Below, piece after piece: positions 12,751 through 24,062 of a stretch of DNA of 64,000 nt. Position 1 is the first letter of the stretch, and every line of letters begins with the position of its first letter. Made by a program: the position numbers and the translations under genes. The notes below the pieces were generated by a model, which was given only the letters and a program-made list of their open reading frames with translations, did not search any database and was not told the origin of the DNA. The stretch lies in the NCBI GenBank assembly GCA_964016885.1, contig OZ024753.1, forward strand, positions 42,160,001 through 42,224,000, read 5' to 3'. Origin of the DNA: Eledone cirrhosa. Its lineage: Eukaryota.

Positions 12751-13709
12751 CCCTAACTTGAAAGACTATTTTAAACATCTTTCTATACTTTTTACTTTCT
12801 CTATTTTATTGAATCTCTCTCTCTTTCTTTAGCCCTCTCTCTCTCTCTTTCACTCGTCTTTCTCTTTTCATAGCCCCCCCCCCCCGCCAGTGTCTCTATT
12901 TCAATTTCTTTCTCTTTACCATCTCTCTCTCTCTCGTCTCTCTTATCTTTATTTTTATTGTATCACTATCTCTCTCTCTCTTTCACAGTTTCACTCGTCT
13001 TTCTCTTTTCATAGCCCCCCCCCCTCTCTCTGCCAGTGTCTCTATTTCAATTTCTTTCTCTTTACCATCTCTCTCACGCTCTGCAATTCTCTCTCTCGTC
13101 TCTCTTATCTTTAATTTACTATTTCTCTCTTTTTTTATACCATCTCTCTCTCGTCTCTTATCTTTATTTTTATTGTATCACTATCTCTCTCTCTCTTTCA
13201 CTGTTTCACTCGTCTTTCTCTTTTCATAGCCCCCCCCCCTCTCTCTGCCAGTGTCTCTATTTCAATTTCTTTCTCTTTACCATCTCTCTCTCTCTCTCGT
13301 CTCTCTTATCTTTATTTTACTATTTCTCTCTTTTTTTTATTGTATCACTATCTCTCTCTCTCTCTCCTGTCACTATTTCTCTGTCTCTCTCTATTATCAT
13401 TTCTCTCACGAGCCCTCTCTTTCTCACACACACCGTCTGTTTCTCGGCCCCGTCTCTCTCCCTCACCATCTTCCTTTCTTTTTCTCCTTCACAGTCTCTC
13501 TCTCCCTCACCACCTTCTTCCTTTCTTTTTCTCCCTCATACAGTCTCTCTCGCTCTCCCTCACCGCCTCTCTCCCACACAGTCTCTCTCTCTCCTCACCT
13601 TCTCTCTCTCCACTACCACACAACCAACTTCATCTAACATTATATAGCTGCAGGTTGTTTGATCGTCACCAGAGGCAGACATCCACTGTGGCTGACTCAT
13701 TGCATACAT

Positions 13710-14845
13710 ACAGTAGTAGTATTGGTAGTAGTGGTAATAATAGTGGTGATGGTAGTAGTAGTAATGGTGGTAGTAGTAGTAATGGTGGTAGCGGTAATGG
13801 TAGTAATAGTAGTGGTAGTAATAGTGGTGGTAATAATAGCAGTAGTAGTGGAGGTAGTAATAGTAGCAGCAGTAGTAGTGGTGGTGGTAGTAATAGTAAT
13901 AGTAGAAGCAACAGTACTAGTAGTAATTGTAGTAGTAGCAGTAGCAGTGGTGGTATCTACCACAGCTTCCTTTCATATCAACACGATATGTTAAGTCTGT
14001 GTGTGATGATACGTTTCCATGACAACCACTCAATGACGGATTTGCAACATAATGCTGTTGTTGTTGTTCGTGAGATGATGGTGGTGGTATTGGTGGTGGT
14101 GCTGTTGGTGGTGGTATTGGTGGTGATGTTGTCGGTGAGATGGTGGTAGTGATGGTGGTGATGTTGGAAGTGTTGTCGGTGAGATAGTGGTGGTGGTGGT
14201 GGTGGTAGTCGACGTAGTGGTAGTGATGGTGGTGATGTTGGAAGTGTTGTCGGTGAGATAGTGGTGGTGGTGGTGGTGGTAGTGATGGTGGTGTTGTTGG
14301 TAATGTTGTCGGTGAGATAGTGGTGGTGGTGGTGGTGGTAGTGATGGTGGTGATGTTGGTAATGTTGTCGGTGAGATAGTGGTGGTGGTGGTGGTGGTAG
14401 TGATGGTGGTGATGTTGGTAGTGTTGTCGGTGAGATAGTGGTGGTGGTGGTGGTGGTAGTGATGGTGGTGATGTTGGTAGTGTTGTCGGTGAGATAGTGG
14501 TGGTGGTGGTGGTGGTAGTCGACGTAGTGGTAGTGATGGTGGTGATGTTGGAAGTGTTGTCGGTGAGATAGTGGTGGTGGTGGTGGTGGTAGTGATGGTG
14601 GTGTTGTCGGTGAGATAGTGGTGGTGGTGGTGGTGGTAGTCGACGTAGTGGTAGTGATGGTGGTGATGTTGTCGGTGAGATAGCGGTGGTGGTGGTGGTG
14701 GTAGTCGACGTAGTGATGGTGGTAATGTTGTCGGTGAGATAGCGGTGGTGGTGGTGGTAGTCGACGTAGTGATGGTGGTAGGGTTGTTATAGTGCGGCGG
14801 CGGTGGTGGTGTTAGTAATAATGATGATGATGATGATGATGATGT
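13710..14845. repeat. (AGT/GGT/GAT)n triplet-rich low complexity with an ~60-bp higher-order unit
   Basis: Recurring GTTGTCGGTGAGATAGTGG(TGG)n. Confidence 0.9.
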
Positions 14846-15172
14846 AGTATTGCTGGTGGTAGTACTAGTAGTGTTGTTGGGTTCTTTCTCTCCAACATCG
14901 TTCGTGTGTTTCAGATGAAATTATCTACATTACGGTCTCAAACAACTTATTTCGGCGGCACACTTTTTTGCCTTTTATTTTGAATTTATCTCACCATACC
15001 CCTGCTCCCACCCTCATCGCTGCTGCTTCAGAAATATGCTATCTATTTCTTATATACACACACAAGCATATGCTATTTCTTTTATTTATTTATATATATA
15101 TGGGGGTTTCTTCTCTGAAGATCAGCTGACTAGCTCTCCTGAGAATTTCTTAACACAATATATACATATATA

Positions 15173-15298
15173 GGAAAAAGTATGACCCCGACGGCAGAGC
15201 TCAAGCCGTTTCGACGGCTGTTTCTGGACTACTACCCTAAGTATTGAGTACTCTGGTGCGTTATGGTCCATTTGGTTCCTTACCACAATTCCTTTGTT
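15173..15298 (+). mobile_element. Family A copy 3 (internally deleted)
   Basis: The left arm is joined directly to the tail; TA-flanked. A one-arm fragment (copy 4) lies at 15908-15960. Confidence 0.7.
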
Positions 15299-15393
15299 AT
15301 ATATATCACGATAAATTAACGGAGGCATAGGCCCTCGCTATTCCCTGTAAATAATGTGCTCAAAGGAGAAGAGATCCTGAGCTCTTTTTCAAC

Positions 15394-15431
<38 letters not shown>

Positions 15432-15461
15432 CATATACCTCACGTTGGTGCAATAATAACT

Positions 15462-15497
<36 letters not shown>

Positions 15498-16197
15498 AGT
15501 TATTATTGCACCAACGTGAGGTATATGATTTTTAATGCAATGAAATATCTATGATCGTTGGCAAATCACTGATGAGGGACACATTTTATAACATGTTATC
15601 CATGTGCAACCTGCAGTATTCTTCTCCCCATTTTTTCATATATATATATATATATATATTTATTAAAATAACAGATTAAATATTTGCTCTACGGTTCTTA
15701 TATATTTATCCTTATCGAGCCCTCTTTGGATTTTAGTCTTCAAATTTATTATTATTACTATATATATATATTTATTAAAATAACAGATTAAAGTTTAAGC
15801 AAAGAATCGCTGCTTTCACCCTTAACGGGATCTTGTGAAACTAAAAATTTGGATTTTAGTCTTCAAATTTATTATTATTACTATATATATATATAATATA
15901 TATATAGGGAAAAGAGTCGAGACCCCGACGGCTGAGCTCTGGCTGTTTCGACAGCTAGATCCGAACATACATACATACACATATATATGTTATCTATTTC
16001 TTTTATTGAAATTATATATATATATACGCCATCATGTTTTCGCTTCGTATCTGGAAACAAATTATTTTTTAGTTTTCAAACCAATTTCTACAATTGTTAA
16101 TAGTCTTCAATATATAACTTATATACAAACTGATTGTCAAAACTTATATATAAACATAAGACAGGACCTTATTGTCATCATTATTATTATTTATAAT

Positions 16198-16380
16198 TGG
16201 TGTGGATTGGCAGTATCGGTAGAGGGTCGGACGCCATGCTTTGACGCATAGAGTTACGGCCCTTGCATTCTGAGTTCAAATCCCGCCGAGGTTGACTTTG
16301 CCTTTCATACTTACGGTCGATAAAATAAAGTACCAGTAATGCACTGCTGGCCTTGTGCCAAAAGTAGAAACAATTATTAT
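16198..16380 (+). mobile_element. tRNA-like SINE, family 2
   Basis: GGCAGTATCGGTAGAG...GAGTTCAAATCCCGCCGAGG...GTCGATAAAATAAAGTACCAG. Further copies lie near 20697, 28700, 35320 (minus), 46750 (minus), 50225, 55147 and 59685. Confidence 0.8.
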
Positions 16381-16519
16381 TATTTATAATTGTTTACTTT
16401 TGGCACAAGGTCAACAATTATCCCAAAGTACCAGTAATGCACTGGGATAATTATATAACTGTCAAGTCTGAAGGAAGCCTGGGGGAACCCGCACGAGTCG
16501 GGGGGGGGGTCTTTAATGA

Positions 16520-16553
<34 letters not shown>

Positions 16554-16554
<1 letters not shown>

Positions 16555-16683
16555 ACAAAGGAAGTGTGGTAAGGAACCAGGTGGACCATAACGCACCAGA
16601 GTACTCGATACTATGGGTAGTAGAGTGGGTAATAAGAAAAGAGCCAGGACCCCACGGCTGAGCTCCGGTCCTGACTCTTTTCC
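16554..16683 (-). mobile_element. Family A copy 5
   Basis: Tail plus a shortened hairpin; TA-flanked. Confidence 0.7.
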
Positions 16684-16727
16684 TATATATACAGACATAC
16701 ATATACATATATATATACATACATATA

Positions 16728-16775
<48 letters not shown>

Positions 16776-16797
16776 CATATATATATACATACATATA

Positions 16798-16845
<48 letters not shown>

Positions 16846-17371
16846 CTGTCGTGGGGGTAAAAGAGTGAAATGATAGAGGGTACTCGGAAATAGTTGTAAA
16901 CCTAGGGGACAGGCCCCGGTATAACGAGGATCGATTGAAAGGTTCATCGGTTGACCAAGATACTCTCATGGAATGACCAAATGAGGTGTTTTTTCAGCAT
17001 AGTCCCTGGAAAGAAACAACGCAGTTATTAATAAGAAGAGTTGAAATTAATGCATGCAAGATTTCACAGCTCTAGCATCTCTCCTTCATAGTCAGTCTAT
17101 GACCCGTAACAATACATATACATTTATCAATATATACCCTCGTAATAGTATCGTATGTATATATCCATGTATATCATGACTCATACACTGATCACTTTCC
17201 TGACATTTGTAACTTTGATCAGTTGTGCACCCGAGCACTGTACACAATAATTTCATATTATTATATTATTATTATACACACTACAATACATGTAGTACAA
17301 ATATATTTATCAATATATAACCTCCTAATTATACTGTATATACATACACACACGCGCATATATATATACAC

Positions 17372-17465
17372 ATGGTGTCCCCAAAATATGTATACATATT
17401 TTGATTAATTATACAGGCAATATTTATTAGAATGGTGTTGAAGTGTGTATACATCTTTTGGGGAC

Positions 17466-17470
<5 letters not shown>
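17372..17470. mobile_element. Tc1/mariner-type MITE
   Basis: TIRs GGTGTCCCCAAAATATGTATACA and TGTATACATCTTTTGGGGACACC in a TA context; related copy at about 46062-46141. Confidence 0.7.
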
Positions 17471-17526
<56 letters not shown>

Positions 17527-18307
17527 ATATGTGACAATCAGCCCAACACACCCACACGTCAGACAGTGCAGTTTAACACAAACACATATGTATATATATG
17601 TGTATGCATATATATATATATATATATATAGCATACACATGGCAATTTTCCCATGGTTTATATACACACATACACACACGTGTACGTACGCGCTCGCGCA
17701 CGTGGATATTGTTTTGTCCCGGGACGAACATGAATAGCACAGATCAATAATCAAACGCATATTGGCTAATATCAATCATTTTAATATATAGTGAGAGAGA
17801 GAGAGGGGGCCGTTTTTTCCAACGTGTTCTTTCCTTATTAAAAATAGTATCATGTGATTTGAGGGAGATTTGGCTGCTATTTCTAGCTGGTGAAAATATA
17901 AGCATCGTTGAGGGTTCGTGCGATTATGCTTACAATTATTGGTTTGAGCAAAGTAAAGAGTACTCAATACATGCAGCAATAAAGATAAGGTAATCCTTCG
18001 TTTTAAGATCACTGACAACTTCCGGTAATTTCCGTGAGCGTAAAACATAACAAAAACATTATCACTATAATCATAATCTAGAATGTATCTCTGCTATATA
18101 TATATATATATGTTAGGTAATTCCAAAGGAAAAAAGAGTGCTCTATGTATAGAACAGAGCTGTTTAATTAGAAAGTGAACAACACTAAATATAACTACTC
18201 CATAACTGTATATTAATATTGTCTGGGATCCAGAAACCTTTGGTAATGGAGTAGTTATATTTTGTGTTGTTCACTTTCTAAATATATATATATATATATA
18301 TATATAT

Positions 18308-18473
18308 AACGAAGGAAATGTGGTAAGGAACCAGATGGACCATAACGCACCAAAGTACTCAATACTTAGGGTAGTAGAGTGGGTAATAGGAACAAGTATG
18401 AACCCGACGGCTAATTCTGGACACAATTAGCCGTCGAAACGGCTTGAGCTCTGCCGTCGGGGTCATACTTGTT

Positions 18474-18476
<3 letters not shown>
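18308..18476 (-). mobile_element. Family A copy 6
   Basis: Tail plus a hairpin that folds as a three-way junction; TA-flanked. Confidence 0.7.
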
Positions 18477-18506
<30 letters not shown>

Positions 18507-18508
<2 letters not shown>

Positions 18509-18837
18509 TCATCATCATTTTACGTCCGCTTTTCCCTGCTTGCAAGGGTGGGACGGGAACTGATTCTGGCTTGATTTCTACAGCTGGATGCCCTTCCTAA
18601 CACCAACCTCATTTACAGTGAGTGCTGGGTGCTTTTTTTCCGTGGCACCTCCACGTCCACTTTGCAGTGGAATGATATGGACCCCAGTCCCTATCATCTC
18701 ATTTCTACAGCTGAGTAAACTGGAGCAATGTGAAATAAAGTGTCTTGCTCAAGGAAATAACACATCACTCGGTCTGAGAATAGAACTCACCTTTCGATTG
18801 CAAGGCCAATGCTCTAACCACTAAGCCATGTGCCTCC
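18507..18837 (-). mobile_element. SINE family 1 copy
   Basis: Near-identical reverse complement of 19861-20185. Confidence 0.9.
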
Positions 18838-19602
18838 ATGGTATATATATATAAAGTTTGATGGTTCACCACTGGATAAAACTGGTCATTCCGTATAGTT
18901 AATCATGATATTATAGTGGAAAAAGCACTCAACGTAATGTAACTTTGATGTTGAATCCTGTTGTTGGTGCAGGAATGGAAAATATTATGGTGCTTTTTCA
19001 ACTAGAAAACTTTAAGGAAATTTCACCAGTCCGGCCTCGTCATTTTTATCAAAATAATATATATATATATATAATATATATATATAATATAAGACGAAAA
19101 ATCTGTGATGCATCTGAAATCAATTTATTGTGTGTTACAATTGTTTCGCCAGCGGACAGCTCGAGACACGATCATTGCATGGATCTTGTCTGACTCTGGA
19201 CCTGCAGGCTCGTCGGACACGTCAGGCAAGATCCACACAATGATCGCGTCTCGAGCTGTCTGCCAGGGAAACAATTGTAACACACAATAAATTGAGTTCA
19301 GATGCATCACTGATTTTTCATTTTCTATTATATCATACTCTGCTCTGTAAGAGCATAGAGTGCTCAACCGGCCTACCGCCTATGGAAGCATCTTAGCTAC
19401 CATCAGACACAGAGAGAGAGAGAGACTTTACCCTTTCTTCCTCTTCTCACTCTCCTCTATCTTTCTATTCTTTTATTTCTCATTCTCTCATTTGATGACA
19501 GACTAACATCCGAAATGTTAAGACTTTTATCCTAACAAGCATTAAACTAATATATATCTTCATTGTACTATATCGTTATACAATGACATGTTTTTTTTGG
19601 AA

Positions 19603-19640
<38 letters not shown>

Positions 19641-19642
<2 letters not shown>

Positions 19643-19838
19643 CGAAGGAAATGTGGTAAGGAACCAGGTGGACCATAACGCACCAAAGTACTCAATACTT
19701 AGGGTAGTAGAGTGGGTAATAGGAACCAATAAGACCCCGACGGCTGAGCTCAAGCCGTTTCGACGGCTAATTCTGGACTCAAATTAGAATTAGCCGTCGA
19801 AACGGCTTGAGCTCAGCCGTCGGGGTCTTATTGGTTCC
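19641..19838 (-). mobile_element. Family A copy 7
   Basis: Tail plus an ~55-bp perfect inverted repeat with a short spacer; TA-flanked. Confidence 0.75.
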
Positions 19839-19860
19839 TATATATATATATATATGTGGA

Positions 19861-20182
19861 GGCTTAGTGGTTAGAGCATTGGGCTTGCAATCGAAAGGTT
19901 GTGAGTTCAATTCTCAGACCGGGTGATGTGTTGTTTCCTTGAGCAAGACACTTTATTTCACATTGCTCCAGTTTACTCAGCTGTAGAAATGAGATGATAG
20001 GGACTGGGGTCCTTATCATTCCACTGCAAAGTGGTCGTGGAGGTGCCACGGAAAAAAAGCACCCAGCACTCACTGTAAATGAGGTTGGTGTTAGGAAGGG
20101 CATCCAGCTGTAGAAATCAAGCCAGAATCAGTTCCCGTCCCACCCCTGCAAGCAGGGAAAAAGCGGACATAAAATGAAATGA

Positions 20183-20185
<3 letters not shown>
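19861..20185 (+). mobile_element. Young tRNA-derived SINE, family 1 (full length)
   Basis: A-box GGCTTAGTGG, B-box GAGTTCAATTC, CORE-like CCTTGAGCAAGACACTT and an RTE-type tail; near-identical to the copies at 18507 and 22979. Confidence 0.9.
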
Positions 20186-20219
<34 letters not shown>

Positions 20220-20814
20220 GCTTGACAAAGGGTTGTGAGGCCCCTCAGTTGTATCAAAATTATGACTCTGCACTCAGTAGAAAGAGAGACTTGTGTTCAG
20301 CAATTTTTCTATATGGCTGGATGCCCTTCCAAATATATATACATATATATATATGTCTGTATATACACACACATATATATATCCATATATGTGTACATAC
20401 ATACACACACGCATACATACATACATACATACATACATACATACATACATACATACATACTCATACAGACACGCACACAGCAACACATACATTCACAGCA
20501 GTTTTGTTAGCTAATTATTCTATATAATTCTCCAGTGAGTAAATTCTTGTATAATTACCTACTCTTTATAGACGCAGCCATTGTATAATACTGGAAATTA
20601 TATATTTAACATATTTAAATTATTCTTACACAATAAAAACAATTAATGTATAATTTATCTAGAAATGTGGCTTATTGTTAGTATATTATTAGCTTAGGGC
20701 TGTGGATTGACAGTAATCGGTGGAGCGTTGGACAATATGCCATGTGGCATACAGTTACGGCCCTTTACTTTCTGAGTTTAAATCCCACCCAGGTTAGCTT
20801 TGCCATTCATTGTT

Positions 20815-21854
20815 AAAGTAATGCACTGGGGGTCTATAAAATAAAGTACCAGTAATGCACTGGGGGTCTATAAAATAAAGTACCAGTAATGCACTGTGGG
20901 TTGATAAAATAAAGTACCAGTAATGCACTGGGGTTGATAAAATAAAGTACCAGTAATGCACTAGGGTTGATAGACTAAAGTACCAGTAATGCACTGGGGT
21001 TGATAGACTAAAGTACCATTAATGCACTGGGGTTGATAGACTAAAGTACCAGTAATGCACTGGGGTTGATAGACTAAAGTACCAGTAATGCACTAGGGTT
21101 GATAGACTAAAGTACCAGTAATGCACTAGGGTTGATAGACTAAAGTACCAGTAATGCACTGGGGTTGATAGACTAAAGTACCAGTAATGCACTGGGGTTG
21201 ATAGACTAAAGTACCAGTAATGCACTAGGGCTGATAGACTAAAGTACCAGTAATGCACTGGGGTTGATAGACTAAAGTACCATTAATGCACTGGGGTTGA
21301 TAGACTAAAGTACCAGTAATGCACTGGGGTTGATAGACTAAAGTACCAGTAATGCACTAGGGTTGATAGACTAAAGTACCAGTAATGCACTAGGGCTGAT
21401 AGACTAAAGTACCAGTAATGCACTGGGGTTGATAGACTAAAGTACCATTAATGCACTAGGGTTGATAGACTAAAGTACCATTAATGCACTGGGGTTGATA
21501 GACTAAAGTACCAGTAATGCACTAGGGTTGATAGACTAAAGTACCAGTAATGCACTAGGGTTGATAGACTAAAGTACCAGTAATGCACTGGGGTTGATAG
21601 ACTAAAGTACCATTAATGCACTAGGGCTGATAGACTAAAGTACCAGTAATGCACTGGGGTTGATAGACTAAAGTACCAGTAATGCACTAGGGTTGATAGA
21701 CTAAAGTACCAGTAATGCACTAGGGCTGATAGACTAAAGTACCAGTAATGCACTGGGGTTGATAGACTAAAGTACCATTAATGCACTGGGGTTGATAGAC
21801 TAAAGTACCAGTAATGCACTAGGGCTGATAGACTAAAGTACCAGTAATGCACTG
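20815..21854. repeat. 33-bp minisatellite (about 31 units) expanded inside a family-2 SINE
   Basis: Unit AGTAATGCACTGGGGTTGATAGACTAAAGTACC; the SINE head (about 20697) and tail (about 21855-21925) flank the array. Confidence 0.95.
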
Positions 21855-22978
21855 AGGACGATTTAATCAACTTTCCTCCTTCCCCTAAAATTGTTGGCCT
21901 TGTTCCTAAATCAGAAACCATTATTTAGGGTGGTGGATTGGCAATAATTGGTAGAGCGTCAGACAACATGCTTTGCAACATAGAGTTACAAAGTAGTTAC
22001 GGCCCTTTATGTTGAGTTCAAATCCCGTTGAGGTTAGCTTGGTTCAAGAACACAACACAACAACCTGTCCAGGAATCGAACCCACAACATTACAATCATA
22101 CCTGAAACACCCTAACCATTAAGCCACACAGCTTCACATAACTGGGTTACAGTAAACAGCTAAAATACACAAATGAAAGCTTCACTTAACTATTTAGAGA
22201 TGTAAACATGTTAATCCCATTTTGATGATTAGGAAATGGTCAAGTAGAGTGACATTGCTACATATTACTGACCAACCCTTCATGACTCTGTTTCCGCATA
22301 AATTTCTTTAACTCTTAACATCCTGTACCACACAACACCACCACATTAGCAAAGCATTCTTCAAAAGTATAAAACAACTCTATGATTACATTAAAAGCTA
22401 AAAGTTTATACTTTACTTTAATACTGCAAATTTTTCACAATTTATCCACTAGTAAAGTTACTATAAACATTTGAATTAACAAATCACAAGTATAAAACAA
22501 CTCTATGGTTACATTACATTAAAAACAAAGTCTATACTTTAGTTTACTACAAATTTTCACAACAATCTGTCAACTAGTAAAGTTACTATAAACATTTGAA
22601 TTAACAAACTACATCAGCAAAGCATTCTTGAAAAGTATAAATTAGTACTGTGATTAGATCACATTTAAAATTTGAAGTCTCTACTTTAATGCTGCAAATT
22701 TTCACAATAATCTCTGCACTACTAAAAGTACTATAAGCATTTGAATTAAGAAACCACATTAGCAAAACATTCTTCAAAATTATAAAACAATATTATGACA
22801 TTTGAATTAACAAACATTTAAATTTGTCCTGTAGTAAAGATACTATAAACATTTGAATTAACAAACCACATAAAACCATATTAGCAAGACATTCTTGAAA
22901 AGTACAAAACAGTACTGTGACTAGATCACATTTAAAATTTGAAGTTTCTACTTTAATACTGCAAATTTTTACAATCTG

Positions 22979-23311
22979 GAAGCACATGGCTTAGTGGTTA
23001 GAGCATTGGCCTTGCAATCGAAAGGTTGTGAGTTCAATTCTCAGACCGGGTGATGTGTTGTTTCCTTGAGCAAGACACTTTATTTCACATTGCTCCAGTT
23101 TACTCAGCTGTAGAAATGAGATGATAGGGACTGAGGTCCCTATCATTCCACTGCAAAGTGGTCGTGGAGGTGCCACGGCAAAAAAGCACCCAGCACTCAC
23201 TGTAAATGAGGTTGGTGTTAGGAAGGGCATCCAGCTGTAGAAATCAAGCCAGAATCAGTTCCCGTCCCACCCTTACAAGCAGGGAAAAAGCAGACGTAAA
23301 ATGAAAATGAA
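22979..23311 (+). mobile_element. SINE family 1 copy
   Basis: Near-identical to 19861-20185. Confidence 0.9.
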
Positions 23312-23801
23312 TGTCCTCTAGTAAAGATACTATAAACATTTGAATTAACCACATAAAACCACATTAGCAAGACATTCTTCAAACTCCTAAAACACTATGA
23401 CTACATTACATTAAACTAGAATCCTTTAAGGTTCAGTACTTTAGATGTGTTTATAAAGCAATATATATTTCTACTAAATAAAAGCCCATCTATTACCACT
23501 TGAGAATGTGTTACCATTAAAACAGTTTAACTACAATAATAGTTCTGACATAATTATACTGGTTTTATTTCCACAAGAATGTAGTAGTAACTGTTAAATT
23601 TATACTGCTTTTGAAATTCTTGGAATTCAGTTACATACGACTATACTAACTTAACACTTTAGTAGTGATAGTGGTAATGATGGTGGTGATAATGTTGTTG
23701 TTGGTAGTGGGGGGTTGTGATAGTGGTGGTGGGGGTTTGTGATAGAGGTGGTGGTGGTGGTGGCGGATAGTGATAGTGTTGTTGTTAGTGGTGGTGTTGT
23801 G

Positions 23802-23832
<31 letters not shown>

Positions 23833-23888
23833 ATATATATATACACACACTAAAGTGGTGGTGCTGGTGTTGGTAGTGTTGTTGGTAT

Positions 23889-23930
<42 letters not shown>

Positions 23931-24062
23931 TATAGATATACAAACAGTAAAGTGGTGGTGGTGGTGATGTTGTTGTTGTTGGTAGTGGTAGTTTGTGATA
24001 GAGCTGTTGGTAGTGGTGGTAGTGTTGTTGGCATGTTGTATAAATATATATATCATCTTCGC

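Noticed and set aside
13340-14149. Ser/Gly/Asn-rich 269-aa ORF
   Set aside because: It is built from (CT)n and (AGT/GGT)n simple repeats with no conserved domain.
19861-19925. tRNA gene
   Set aside because: A and B boxes are present but there is no closed acceptor stem; the sequence continues into a SINE body and is repeated elsewhere.
20815-21854. CRISPR-like array (33-bp periodicity)
   Set aside because: Units are head-to-tail with no unique spacers, no cas genes are present, the context is eukaryotic, and the array derives from a SINE.
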